64,000 nt of DNA from Candidatus Latescibacterota bacterium (GCA_965207885.1 OZ242311.1:800001-864000); one strand, 5' to 3'. Numbered from the stretch's first letter, positions 28,061 to 38,214 are shown. The notes: a model not told the origin generated them from the letters alone. Program-made: numbers and translations.

Positions 28061-28936
28061 ATGATTATTGACGCGCACAATCACATTTATTATCACGGTT
28101 TGAATGCCGAGGGTGTGTTGAATGAGATGGATCAGTTCGGGTATGATGTGGCGTGGTTGCTTACGTGGTATTTGCCGCCGGGTGAGCATGTCGCGAGCAG
28201 CCACCGGGTGTTTAATCCGGTCAATGCGCGGCCCGATGGCACGCATGCGGGAACGACGTTGAATGATCTTTCGCGGGCGTGTGAGAAGTATCCGGATCGG
28301 TTTGTGGCGGGATATTGTCCCTGCCCGTCGGAGGGCGATGCCGCAGGGCTTTTTGAGGCGGCGTATTATTCGCATGGCGTTCGGGTGTGTGGGGAGTGGA
28401 GCTATCGGATGTTGCTGAACGATCCCCGTGCGATTCTGTTGTTTCGCAAGGCGGGTGCGTTGGGCGCGCCAGTGGTTTTGCATATTGATACGCCATTTTT
28501 GAATGGGGTGTATCAGGAGGCCTGGTATGGTGGGGAGATTGGCGCGCTGGAGCAGGCGTTGCAGGCGTGTCCAGATACGACGTTTGTCGGTCACGCGCCT
28601 GGGTTCTGGCGGCATGTGAGTGGGGATGAGGCGACTGATGCGGAGGTATATCCTTCGGGCCCGATTGTGCCGGGGGGGCGTTTGTTCGATTTGTTTGCAC
28701 ACTATGCGAATCTCTGGGCGGATTTGTCGGCGGGGTCTGGGCTGAATGCGTTGCAGAGGATGGATGATGAGGGGCGAGATTTTTTGATTGAATATCAGGA
28801 TCGTTTGTTGTTTGGGCGCGATGCTCCGGGGAATGCGTTGCAGGTGCATCTGGCGAAGTTGGATTTGCCGCGGGATGTCAGACGGAAGATTTATTGCGAG
28901 AATGCACTGCGGCTGGTTCCTGTGGAGAGGTCATAA
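28061..28936 (+). CDS. Amidohydrolase family 2 metalloenzyme
   Basis: IIDAHNH, PVVLH, FVGH, DRLLFGRD, ENA. Confidence 0.85.
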   Translation: MIIDAHNHIYYHGLNAEGVLNEMDQFGYDVAWLLTWYLPPGEHVASSHRVFNPVNARPDGTHAGTTLNDLSRACEKYPDRFVAGYCPCPSEGDAAGLFEAAYYSHGVRVCGEWSYRMLLNDPRAILLFRKAGALGAPVVLHIDTPFLNGVYQEAWYGGEIGALEQALQACPDTTFVGHAPGFWRHVSGDEATDAEVYPSGPIVPGGRLFDLFAHYANLWADLSAGSGLNALQRMDDEGRDFLIEYQDRLLFGRDAPGNALQVHLAKLDLPRDVRRKIYCENALRLVPVERS

Positions 28937-28951
28937 TACAAGGGAGGCGTT

Positions 28952-29977
28952 ATGAAGACACATGTATATACCAGTGGACAGGATGGGTATCACACGTATC
29001 GCATTCCGGCATTGCTGGTGACAAAGGCGGGGACTCTGCTGGCGTTTTGCGAGGGGCGGCGCACCGGGCGCGGGGATCACGGGGATCTCGATTTGCTGGT
29101 GAAGCGGTCAGAGGACGGTGGAGAGACGTGGTCTGAACAGTTGTTGATTTACGGGGAGCCTGGGGAGGTGACGATTGGCAATCCGTGTCCTGTAGTGGAT
29201 GGTGATACGGGTGTGATCTGGCTACCGTTTTGTCGAGAGAATGACGATGTGTTTATTACGCATAGTGGGGATGATGGGAAGACGTGGGCAGATCCCACGG
29301 AGATTACTGCGGTTGCGAAGAGGCCTTCGTGGAATTGGTATGCGACTGGTCCGGGCGTTGGTATTCAGTTGCAGCGAGGGGTGCACAGGGGACGGCTGGT
29401 GATTCCGTGCGATCATCGGGAGGATGAGACTTATGGGAATGGTTCGCATACAATTTACAGCGATGATCATGGGGCAACGTGGCAGATGAGCGCGTTGATC
29501 ACGCCGGGTGCGAATGAATGTCAGGTTGTGGAACTGTCGGATGGGTCATTGAAGATGAATATTCGGATGCAGACGTTTAGCGAAGGGTTGCGGGGGATTT
29601 CGGTGAGTGGGGATGGTGGACACAGTTGGTCGGAGGTTGTACACGATGCGAATTTGCCGTGTCCAAAATGTCAGGCGAGTTTGGTAGGCGAAGGCGACCG
29701 ATTGTTTTTTTCAAATCCGGTGTCGCTCACGCCGGTAGAAAGTCCCGAAGCTGGAGATCGGTTTTATCCGGGGAAGGGACGAGGGGAGCGCGAGAATATG
29801 ACTGTGCGTTTGAGCGAGGATGGTGGAGAGACGTGGTCCCGGGAAAAGTTGTTGCACGAGGGTCCAGCAGCGTATTCCTGCCTAACTCTGTTACCCGATG
29901 GAGATGTTGGGTGTTTGTATGAGGGGGGCGAAGAACATTCGTATCAGTATCTAATTTTTGAGCGGTTTAGGATATGA
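28952..29977 (+). CDS. Sialidase family protein (GH33-like), no signal peptide
   Basis: YRIP motif, several Asp-boxes (SEDGGETW, SDDHGATW), NEC, AAYS. Confidence 0.9.
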   Translation: MKTHVYTSGQDGYHTYRIPALLVTKAGTLLAFCEGRRTGRGDHGDLDLLVKRSEDGGETWSEQLLIYGEPGEVTIGNPCPVVDGDTGVIWLPFCRENDDVFITHSGDDGKTWADPTEITAVAKRPSWNWYATGPGVGIQLQRGVHRGRLVIPCDHREDETYGNGSHTIYSDDHGATWQMSALITPGANECQVVELSDGSLKMNIRMQTFSEGLRGISVSGDGGHSWSEVVHDANLPCPKCQASLVGEGDRLFFSNPVSLTPVESPEAGDRFYPGKGRGERENMTVRLSEDGGETWSREKLLHEGPAAYSCLTLLPDGDVGCLYEGGEEHSYQYLIFERFRI

Positions 29978-31266
29978 TGCACTCGAGGGAGTTCAATGTG
30001 ACCAGATTAATTTCTCAAATTGGCAGTGAGCGCGCGACTTCTGGCGCGGGGAATAAGGTTGTTACGTACGAGGGTAGGACGCATGTGGTCTGGCAGGATG
30101 TTACGCGTGAGGGCTATTTTAACAGGGTTTGCACTTTTGATCGCGATACTGGCGAATGTTTGGGACCGTTTACGCTTAATCAGGGACGCGATAATCACGC
30201 GCGTCCGGTTATGACTATTGACCATCAGGGCTATTTGCAGGCTATTATGAGTGGTCATAATTCGCCGGTGACGTATCGGCGGTCGGTGCGGCCCAATGAT
30301 GCGAGTGAGTGGACAGAGGGAGAGCCAGCCGGGTCGGGGACCTATCCGGTTGTTGTGTGCGGTTTGGACGATGCGCTTTATTTGACGGTGCGTTCATCCA
30401 ATCGCTGGGATGGTGTGGATTTTTATTCTAAAGATAAGGGTGGAGTCTGGGAAGCGCGCGGGAAATTGGTCAAACGGCGTGAGGATTATACGGGTTATGG
30501 TGCTTTCCAGACTGGTATGGCTGTCGGTGCAGATGGCGTTATTCACCTTGTAGTGGATTTTTACGAGGGTATAGGAATCCACGATCACCGCGGGCTACAT
30601 CAGGCTGTGTGTTATATGTGTAGTCGAGATGGTGGCGAGACGTGGGAGAGGGCCGATGGCGCGCGCGTCGAGTTGCCAGCGCGGCCCGAGCAGCTCGATG
30701 TTCTTGCGCGTTCTGAGGAAGATGAGCGGCATGAACCTATGCCCCGTCCCGAGGTGCTCGCACAGGGTTGTATTGTGGTTTCTTCTGAGGGACCACATAT
30801 TCTCTATGTTTCGCATCTGGATGAGCCGGGTGAGATCGTTCACGCCTATCTCAATGCAGAGGATGTCTGGCAGCGGGAGTCCATTGATGCAGGTTTTCCA
30901 GGTCACCGTCCGACGGGGTGCCGCGGTGCGTTTAGTGTGGATGAAGCGGGTACGCTTTATGCTTTGCTGGAGTTCCAGCCTCTTGGGAGGGGCTGGAATG
31001 AGGGCAAGCCCACGCGTGGATTGAACTGGGAGACAGAGGATAAGCGTCTGGTGTGGTTGACTTTGCAGGATAGGGATTGGAATACGCGGCTCGCTTTGCC
31101 GCAGGATGCGATTTTTAATGAGGCGAATCTGGAACGTCCCGCTGGTGCCAATACCATTCCCGCAGGGCAGTACCCGCCTTTTGTTTTTTTTGATGGGGAA
31201 TCCCGTTATCCGGATAAAGAAATAGGCGAGGTGATCAATAATCGGGTGTTTTTTTGTGGTGGGTAA
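29974..31266 (+). CDS. BNR-4/Asp-box beta-propeller protein
   Basis: DNHARP, GH, TYP, SRDGGETW; overlaps the sialidase stop. Confidence 0.75.
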   Translation: MMHSREFNVTRLISQIGSERATSGAGNKVVTYEGRTHVVWQDVTREGYFNRVCTFDRDTGECLGPFTLNQGRDNHARPVMTIDHQGYLQAIMSGHNSPVTYRRSVRPNDASEWTEGEPAGSGTYPVVVCGLDDALYLTVRSSNRWDGVDFYSKDKGGVWEARGKLVKRREDYTGYGAFQTGMAVGADGVIHLVVDFYEGIGIHDHRGLHQAVCYMCSRDGGETWERADGARVELPARPEQLDVLARSEEDERHEPMPRPEVLAQGCIVVSSEGPHILYVSHLDEPGEIVHAYLNAEDVWQRESIDAGFPGHRPTGCRGAFSVDEAGTLYALLEFQPLGRGWNEGKPTRGLNWETEDKRLVWLTLQDRDWNTRLALPQDAIFNEANLERPAGANTIPAGQYPPFVFFDGESRYPDKEIGEVINNRVFFCGG

Positions 31267-31334
31267 GGTATTAAAAAAGAAATGATTCGCAGATAAGGTC
31301 CATGTGAGCTTCTCTTTGTAAAGGATTTTTATAA

Positions 31335-31766
31335 TCACTGACCATTTGTTGTACTCCCATTTTGATCTTCTAAGGCAGCGCGTATGGCTTCTATGTCAAT
31401 ATCCGGATGCATTTTTTTTACTATGGCAATGGTTTCCTCATGTCCTTTTCTTTGCCCATCTTGGAAGCGTTTTTCAAGATATCTTTCAGTCTCAGCACGG
31501 ATTTTTTGAACTGGGACGATCATGAGATTTACCCCCTCTATAATGAAGAATGCTAAAGTGATAGCAGAGAGACCTATGGATCCTATAATACTGATTACCG
31601 TAATAATTGCATCGTAATCAGGTTTAGTAATTTTGTACCAATTGTACCAAAGAACCAGTGATAGAGAAGAGACAAAGAACAGTACTGCTAAAGCTATCAG
31701 CCATGTTCTTTCTGTGTCTCCCGTGCTCCAAATTGACACCCTTTCTTCGTCTGTTTTCTCCGCCAT
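31335..31766 (-). CDS. Hypothetical two-TM membrane protein (AT-rich)
   Basis: Two clear hydrophobic helices and a charged C-terminus; start placed at MAEK. Confidence 0.65.
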   Translation of the reverse strand: MAEKTDEERVSIWSTGDTERTWLIALAVLFFVSSLSLVLWYNWYKITKPDYDAIITVISIIGSIGLSAITLAFFIIEGVNLMIVPVQKIRAETERYLEKRFQDGQRKGHEETIAIVKKMHPDIDIEAIRAALEDQNGSTTNGQ

Positions 31767-32160
31767 TCTGTTGTGCCTTTTCACTTTTCTAATATAAGTA
31801 TAGAGAAAATAGATTTCTAATGCAATTTCGGCCTGGATATGGTTTCAATGTCTGCCCTGTGATATGCTTGGTCTGGGATTTGGTCGTATTTTGGACAAAC
31901 GCAACAGTCAGAATCCAAAGCAAATATCGAGCCAAAAAATGCAAATATCACAAAATTGCACGATAAAAAGGCTCCAAAGAAGTTCAGGTACCTTATTATG
32001 CCTTTGATATGCTGTATTGCGGTCTTATTCACAGCTTGAATTTCAAGATTGCCTGTTGAAGCGGGGATAGAGGAGAACGGGCGTTAGTGTAAAATTTGAG
32101 CGATGAATGAGCGGTATGGTGAAAGAATTGATCGCTTTCGAAACTTTTGATAAAAAAATA

Positions 32161-32264
32161 AAAGGCCGTAAGTGTTGCTCAGTTGGAGCAAAAACTCTTA
32201 CGGTCTTTGAAGATAGAATCAAAGTTCAGCGAAAAAATAGGTTGCCCGACTGATGCACTCACTG
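32161..32264 (+). repeat. att-like direct repeat, copy 1
   Basis: AAAGGCCGTAAGT...CTTACGG hairpin, then TTGCCCGACTGATGCACTCACTG (32242-32264), identical at 38361-38383. Confidence 0.75.
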
Positions 32265-32662
32265 AACTTTTTACCGTATGGGACCACTTCCCCATACATC
32301 ACACCCGCAGGAACAACAAGCCCATTATCGCAATCGGCCATAAGACCCACAAACAATTGGTTACTCAAAGATTGCAACATCCCAATTATCTCAAAAGGGC
32401 CCTGTATTATCACGAGCTTCTTGAAAAGGGGCACGTTCAATCTCAGAGATTACTTGCCAAACAGGTGGGAATCTCTCAGACCAAAGTCCACCTGATTCTA
32501 CAGTTGCTCAAACTGGATAAGGAAATTAAAGACTTTATCCTGGGATTGGATGACTCAGACCCAAGGCTGGATTTTCTGGCGGTCTATCGGTTACAGCCAT
32601 TACTCCAGGTAAAAAGCAAGGAGAGACAAAGAAGGAAATTTTGGAAAATGATCGGAGAGTAA
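32183..32662 (+). CDS. Small HTH protein resembling the accessory/C-terminal HTH of large serine recombinase loci (possibly a remnant)
   Basis: RALYYHELLEKGHVQSQRLLAKQVGISQTKVHLILQLLKLDKEI pattern; TTG start lies inside the att-like repeat. Confidence 0.55.
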   Translation: MEQKLLRSLKIESKFSEKIGCPTDALTELFTVWDHFPIHHTRRNNKPIIAIGHKTHKQLVTQRLQHPNYLKRALYYHELLEKGHVQSQRLLAKQVGISQTKVHLILQLLKLDKEIKDFILGLDDSDPRLDFLAVYRLQPLLQVKSKERQRRKFWKMIGE

Positions 32663-32760
32663 TTTGTATTTGGATATTTGGAAATTATTATTATTATTTA
32701 ATTTGCAAATTGAGATACACTATAAACCCGTTTTTTTGTCTATATCATAAGATTTTTTTT

Positions 32761-35700
32761 ATGCTCAAATCACTTGACCACAAAGGCATCTGGCGAACGT
32801 ATTCTATGACCGATGGCCTGACCGGGATGCGCATTGAACACATCGCCGAAGACAGCGAAGGGTATCTCTGGTTCGCCACAGGGGATAACGGTGTTAGTCG
32901 CTTCGATGGAGACGAGTTTCGAAATTTTACGCAACAGGACGGTCTTATTAATGATAGTATTTATTTTATTCAAAAGGACAGTCAGAATCGGTTGTGGTTT
33001 GGTACACGAAATGGGGTCTGCTGGTACGATGGAACAAATTTCCACCATTTGGAGGACGACGGGATTGCAGGCCGAGCAGTGCAGTTCATCTATGAAGACA
33101 GCGAAGAACGTATATGGTGTGGTGGTTCCCGTACTCTGGGATATTACGACGGTACTGTGTTTCACGACCTGATGCCGCTTTATCTACAGCACTACAAGCC
33201 GCTACCTTTTCGTAAACAGTGTCGGGGCATTGCTCAGGACTCGGAGGGTCACCTGTGGTTTGGCTTTAATTACCTCATCCGTTTCGATGGCACATCCTTT
33301 TACCGCTACGACGAGAAAGAGGGGTTTCCCGAACAGTGGATAAGCTATGCAGTGGGACGGAATGATACCAGTAAGGTGTGGTTTGGTCATCACAAAAGCG
33401 AAAACGGACTCTGGTGCTATGCCGATGGCTCCTTCCAGCCTGTTCAAGTCGATTTGGATAGTGACCTGCGCAAAATTCAGTGCGATCGGGAAGGGCGGAT
33501 GTGGTGTAGCACTTCAGAAGGCGTGCTCTATCAAGACGGTGATGGGTTCAGCAGGTTTACCCCTGCCGATGGTCTGCCACATCCCGCAGTCAAAGCCGTA
33601 TTCCAGGATCGCGAGCATCAGTATTGGTTTGCCACCTGGGGTGGCGTCGGTCTTTACGATGCGCATAGTATCAGCATTTTCGACTTCAGTGCAAGAGCCT
33701 CTGAAAGCGTGAGTGAGGTCTCGCAGATCGTGCAAGACAGTCGCGGTGATATATGGGTGGGGTCTGTATCTCCTGTTTTTAAATATCAAAGCAAAAGCGT
33801 TTTTCGCTTTGATGGGGAGGCCATTGACCTGATAGGCCCTGAGGATGATCTTGATATTAATAACTGTTTTGCCATCTACGAAGACCACGACGGGTATCTG
33901 TGGTTTGGGGGCATCAATGGCTTATTCCGCTACGATGGGCAGAAGATAAAAAAAATAAAAACAACCGCAGGTTCAAGCAGTGTTTGTGCAATTGCCCAGG
34001 ATCGGGAAGGGCAATTTCTTTTTGGTCATTGGGAAAAGAAAAAAGACAAAAGACAAAAAGACCTTTTTACCAGTCCATTGAGGCTCACTTATCAGCGAGG
34101 TGAAGAGTTTCAAACCATTTTTGTAAAAGATAAAAGTCAGGATCCTCGCAGCTACATCGGTACTGTGATTGCCGGGCGCAATGGCGAGGTTTATTTTTAT
34201 CTTGCTCATCAACATTACCCCGACAACAATAGGGGCTTCGCACGCTGGCAACTCGAAGATGACCTCAAATTTTACGGGGTTGAAGACGGGCTGATCGACG
34301 ACAGGGTCAGTGACTTGCTATTAGACCGCCATGGCAACCTGTGGGTGGCTACCCAGGGCGGTCTCGCCTGTTTTAATGGTAGCACCTTCCAGACCTTCAC
34401 GACTGAAGACGGTTTGCCGAGCAACCGCATCCATTGCTTGCTTGAGGACTCTCAAGGTCACCTCTGGCTTGGCACAGACGGCGGCGTAGTCCACTACGAT
34501 GGCCAGCTTTTCCAGACCATCAAATCACCGCACATAGGACCGGTACTCAAAATACTCGAAGACCGCGATGGCGCCTTCTATTTCGGTACAGCCCAAAACA
34601 CCCTGGTGCGCTATCGCCAGCGACAGACCTCCCCCAGAGTTCGTCTGCTTCAAGTTGTCGCCGATAAGGTCTATGAAAACCCTCAGAACATCATCGTATC
34701 TACCACAGATCAGCAGATGACTTTCGAGTACAAGGGCCTGAGTTTTTCCACACATCCCCGCGATATGCTCTACATCTATCGCTTGAATAACTATGATCTC
34801 GACTGGCAACCCCCCACTCGCAAGATGCGAGTCTATTACCGGGGCTTGCCACCGGGAGACTACACCTTTCAGGTCAGGGCGATAGATCGCGACCTCAATT
34901 ACTCAGAGATCGCACAGACGCAACTCTCCGTAGAGAGGGACCCGCGCATCAGTGCATTGACCTCCATAATCAACAGCACGGATGGCGTTGGCAACGAGTT
35001 TATCGGTCAGAGTGCGGCACTGCACGCGTTTCAAATCCAGCTTACAAAGGTGGCAGCTACTGATCTGTCGGTACTGTTTAAGGGTGAGACGGGTGTGGGT
35101 AAGGGATTGGCAGCGCGGGTATTACACGCGCTGAGTTCCAAGTGCGATGGTCCTTTTATGCAGGTCAACTGCGGTGCACTGCCAGCAACGTTGATCGATA
35201 GTGAACTCTTTGGTCACGAAAAAGGGGCGTTTACCAGCGCAGTGTCTCGCAAGCTGGGCAAGGTAGAACTAGCCAAGGGCGGCACGCTCTTTTTGGACGA
35301 GATCGGCGACATGACTCTGGAAACGCAAGCCAGGATGTTGCGCTTGCTGGAAGAGGGCACTTATGAGCGCGTTGGGGGTAGCGAGACACTATCGATACAG
35401 GCACGGATTGTGGCAGCGACCAACCGCAATCTTGAAGAGATGGTCAGCGCAGGTACTTTCCGCGAGGATCTCTATTACCGCATCAATGCCTTTCCAATGT
35501 CTTTGCCGCCCCTGCGTGAGCGCAAGGAGGATATCCTGGACCTTGCCGAGCTTTTCAAGACGCGCATGGCGACACATCTGGACAAGCCAATCGAGCCTTT
35601 GGCGGTAGAAGTGATAGAAGTGCTGCAAGCCTACGATTGGCCAGGGAATGTGCGAGAACTGGAGCATACGATACAGCGTGCAGTGACCGTATGTGATGGT

Positions 35701-35955
35701 TCGCAAATCGAAGTCGGGGATCTGGGGCTGTATGGTTCTCAAATCAAAGGCTCAGTTCCTGGGGGTAAGAAAACCATCTTCGATCAAGACGGAGAAGTCG
35801 TGCCTTTGGATGAATATGACCGTCGCTACATTCTCGAAGTGCTCAAAATCACCAACTGGAAGGTAAAGGGGACCAGGGGTGCGGCGACACTTTTGGGATT
35901 ACCGCCTTCTACCCTGTTTAACAAAATAAAAAGACTGGGGATCAAACGCCCCTAA
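32761..35955 (+). CDS. Sigma54 activator fused to two-component-regulator beta-propeller repeats and a Y_Y_Y domain
   Basis: Many DSEG.LWF repeats, Y_Y_Y (LPPGDYTFQVRAID), Walker A GETGVGK, GAFTSA, LFLDE, DLYYR, FhlA-like HTH; no signal peptide or TM from ATG 32761. Confidence 0.9.
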   Translation: MLKSLDHKGIWRTYSMTDGLTGMRIEHIAEDSEGYLWFATGDNGVSRFDGDEFRNFTQQDGLINDSIYFIQKDSQNRLWFGTRNGVCWYDGTNFHHLEDDGIAGRAVQFIYEDSEERIWCGGSRTLGYYDGTVFHDLMPLYLQHYKPLPFRKQCRGIAQDSEGHLWFGFNYLIRFDGTSFYRYDEKEGFPEQWISYAVGRNDTSKVWFGHHKSENGLWCYADGSFQPVQVDLDSDLRKIQCDREGRMWCSTSEGVLYQDGDGFSRFTPADGLPHPAVKAVFQDREHQYWFATWGGVGLYDAHSISIFDFSARASESVSEVSQIVQDSRGDIWVGSVSPVFKYQSKSVFRFDGEAIDLIGPEDDLDINNCFAIYEDHDGYLWFGGINGLFRYDGQKIKKIKTTAGSSSVCAIAQDREGQFLFGHWEKKKDKRQKDLFTSPLRLTYQRGEEFQTIFVKDKSQDPRSYIGTVIAGRNGEVYFYLAHQHYPDNNRGFARWQLEDDLKFYGVEDGLIDDRVSDLLLDRHGNLWVATQGGLACFNGSTFQTFTTEDGLPSNRIHCLLEDSQGHLWLGTDGGVVHYDGQLFQTIKSPHIGPVLKILEDRDGAFYFGTAQNTLVRYRQRQTSPRVRLLQVVADKVYENPQNIIVSTTDQQMTFEYKGLSFSTHPRDMLYIYRLNNYDLDWQPPTRKMRVYYRGLPPGDYTFQVRAIDRDLNYSEIAQTQLSVERDPRISALTSIINSTDGVGNEFIGQSAALHAFQIQLTKVAATDLSVLFKGETGVGKGLAARVLHALSSKCDGPFMQVNCGALPATLIDSELFGHEKGAFTSAVSRKLGKVELAKGGTLFLDEIGDMTLETQARMLRLLEEGTYERVGGSETLSIQARIVAATNRNLEEMVSAGTFREDLYYRINAFPMSLPPLRERKEDILDLAELFKTRMATHLDKPIEPLAVEVIEVLQAYDWPGNVRELEHTIQRAVTVCDGSQIEVGDLGLYGSQIKGSVPGGKKTIFDQDGEVVPLDEYDRRYILEVLKITNWKVKGTRGAATLLGLPPSTLFNKIKRLGIKRP

Positions 35956-35974
35956 ACTGTATCCAACCGTTCCC

Positions 35975-36090
35975 AACAAAGGACCATATAAGGCCCAAAA
36001 AGCCCTTATATGGTCCTTTGTTTTATAAATACCTGTAAATAAAGAAAGTTAAGATCTAAATCTGATTGTTTTGGGGCCATTTATGGCCCC
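35975..36090. promoter_or_regulatory. Three related palindromic sites (candidate UAS); the first two form a perfect 19-bp inverted repeat
   Basis: AACAAAGGACCATATAAGG (35975-35993) and CCTTATATGGTCCTTTGTT (36004-36022); GGGGCCATTTATGGCCCC (36073-36090). Confidence 0.65.
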
Positions 36091-36191
36091 TTTTAATGAG
36101 ATAAAAATCAGGCTAATTTCTGTTTTCCATCCACTTCTATCTTAATAAAAAGTAATACTTTAATAACAATATTAGTCAGGCAAAGTCACAT

Positions 36192-36207
36192 TGGCACGGA
36201 TATTGCA
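36192..36207 (+). promoter_or_regulatory. Sigma54 -24/-12 promoter
   Basis: TGGCACG-GATA-TTGCA; first 15 nt identical to the promoter at 14438. Confidence 0.85.
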
Positions 36208-36262
36208 TTTACTATCTAATCATGGAACTGATTGAGCGTATTCTCGAATAAGAGTCTCTAAC

Positions 36263-37011
36263 ATGCCGGGTTTTATACTGGAGTTATCCCGTTTTCAATT
36301 AGCTAAGTCTCGCCCCCTCGCGCTTCTGAGCAAAATTTGCAGTATGACAGTAATAGCACTCGTCGCAGGTATCCTGTGGGGCTGTGGTGGTGAGCGTGGA
36401 ACGGAATCTAAAGCAGTGAAACCTCCACCAGACCCGCAGACCAAAACGCCCTGGCAATTGGTCAATGTGACCACGAGTGATGGTGCGGTGCGCAATCGTA
36501 CGCTTTCCTATGAGCGCGATGCGATTCGTCCCAATGTGTTGGGCAAGTTCCGCGTGATTTTGGGTGCGACGGCGAAGCATCCGGCGATGTTGTATTATCT
36601 GGACAATGCACAGTCGCGTAGCCAAATATCGTCTTTATCATCATATCGGACATGGGATGGCGCGATGTTGGCTTTCTGGGTTGTAAGACGCATGAAACGC
36701 CGAATATTGATCGCCTTGCTCACGGTGGCATGATTTTTCCGCAGACGTATTCTTGTGGGCCTAATTGCGCACCTTCCCGTGCCAGTATTATGTCGGGCAT
36801 GTACACACCTCGTCATGAGATCTATACACCTGGTGGAGCATCTAAAGGCGACGTTCGTCTGATGAAATTGATAACGCCTGCTCGCGATGCCGATTTAGAA
36901 CGCTTTCCTTCTAAATATCCAATAGCCCTCAAGCCCGATGTCACTTGCATACCGCAAGTGCTCAAATCTACGGGATACACTTGTGGTTCTATCGGCAATT
37001 TGCATCTATAA
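36263..37011 (+). pseudogene. Chimera of a lipoprotein N-terminus, a DUF1800 fragment and a sulfatase fragment
   Basis: Lipobox LWGC; 36462-36620 matches 38990-39148; 36621-36998 matches 42088-42465. Confidence 0.85.
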
Positions 37012-37197
37012 ATAAATCGCATTCCGAGTCATTGTCAGGTCGATGAGTTGCAACGAGGAAGGAGGAGGGAAGAAAATTTAAAACTTATCGTACTTACTTT
37101 ACTGTCTCCTGGGAGGGACAAAAAATACGACTTTAAGAGGAGAAACAGGATGAAACAGACACTACACAAACATTTGGGAATTAAAGGAGATTGGAAA

Positions 37198-38214
37198 ATG
37201 GTTTTGAAAAACGGATGGGTGTTGATGGCCGCCGCCCTTGCGGTGATGCTCTATGTGGGACAAGCCTCTGCCAATACCGCTTCTGCGGACTTTGACAGGA
37301 ATGGTGTCGTAGAAATTGCCGACTTTTTGGAATTTTTGGAGGTGTTCGGGTCGCGTCAAGGCGATGAGAAGTATGAAGCGCGATATGATCTGGATAGGAA
37401 TGGAGAGATTGGCGTATCAGATTTTTTAATCTTTCTCGATTTCTTTGGTCAAGAAGTGGCTCCACCGTCACAGCGCGATGTATTGGTGGCTCTGTATAAT
37501 GCGACAGATGGAGGCAATTGGACAAATAACACCAATTGGCTCACCGACAACGACATTTCCTCATGGTATGGCGTCGGTGTTTCTGACGGTTCAGTGACAG
37601 CATTGAACCTATGGGAAAATAATCTGAGAGGAACGATTCCTCCCGAATTATGCCACCTGTCCAACCTTACATACCTGGATCTTGGTGCCAATCCGTTGAG
37701 TGGTGAAATTCCACCAGAATTGGGCAACCTGTCCAACCTCACGGAACTGCATCTTCCCCTTATTCATACGTTAAGTGGTGAGATCCCACCAGAATTGGGC
37801 AACCTGACTAATCTCACTCAACTGAGTCTTCACGATAATCAGTTGACTGGAGAGATCCCACCAGAATTAGGCAACCTGACCAATCTCACTTATCTGGGGC
37901 TTAATAACAATCAGTTGACTGGAGAGATCCCAATAGAATTGGGCAATCTGACCAATCTCACTTATCTGGGGCTTCAGGATACTGAGTTGAGTGGTCCAGT
38001 TCCCTCAGAATTGAGCAACTTGACCAATCTCACGCAACTGTGGCTTGGCAGTAACAAATTGAGTGGTGCGCTGCCTCAGAGCCTGACAATGCTGACGAAG
38101 CTGGAGAACTTTCACTTTTGGGGTGAGGGTGGCCTATGTGCGCCGCTTGATGCGATCTTTCAAGCCTGGCTGCAGGGCATTGAAGATCACCACGGCCCAA
38201 CTTGTTCGCAATAG
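37198..38214 (+). CDS. Secreted protein: dockerin-like EF-hand pair plus plant-type 24-aa LRRs
   Basis: AAGGAG RBS, signal peptide ending ASA, DFDRNG..DF/DLDRNG..DF, cap LVALYNATDGGNW..WYGV, repeats L.L..N.L.GEIPPELGNL. Confidence 0.88.
   Translation: MVLKNGWVLMAAALAVMLYVGQASANTASADFDRNGVVEIADFLEFLEVFGSRQGDEKYEARYDLDRNGEIGVSDFLIFLDFFGQEVAPPSQRDVLVALYNATDGGNWTNNTNWLTDNDISSWYGVGVSDGSVTALNLWENNLRGTIPPELCHLSNLTYLDLGANPLSGEIPPELGNLSNLTELHLPLIHTLSGEIPPELGNLTNLTQLSLHDNQLTGEIPPELGNLTNLTYLGLNNNQLTGEIPIELGNLTNLTYLGLQDTELSGPVPSELSNLTNLTQLWLGSNKLSGALPQSLTMLTKLENFHFWGEGGLCAPLDAIFQAWLQGIEDHHGPTCSQ

Noticed and set aside
31817-32032. 71-aa minus-strand ORF with a hydrophobic stretch and CCVCP
   Set aside because: GTG start without a clear RBS and no recognisable family; cannot be supported from sequence alone
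32641-32760. Hydrophobic N-terminal extension of the propeller activator as a membrane anchor
   Set aside because: TTG start inside the upstream ORF and very AT-rich, low-complexity sequence; looks intergenic, so ATG 32761 was preferred
36462-36998. Diversity-generating retroelement template/variable repeat pair
   Set aside because: Mismatches are mostly synonymous C/T changes, not adenine-specific, and no reverse transcriptase is present
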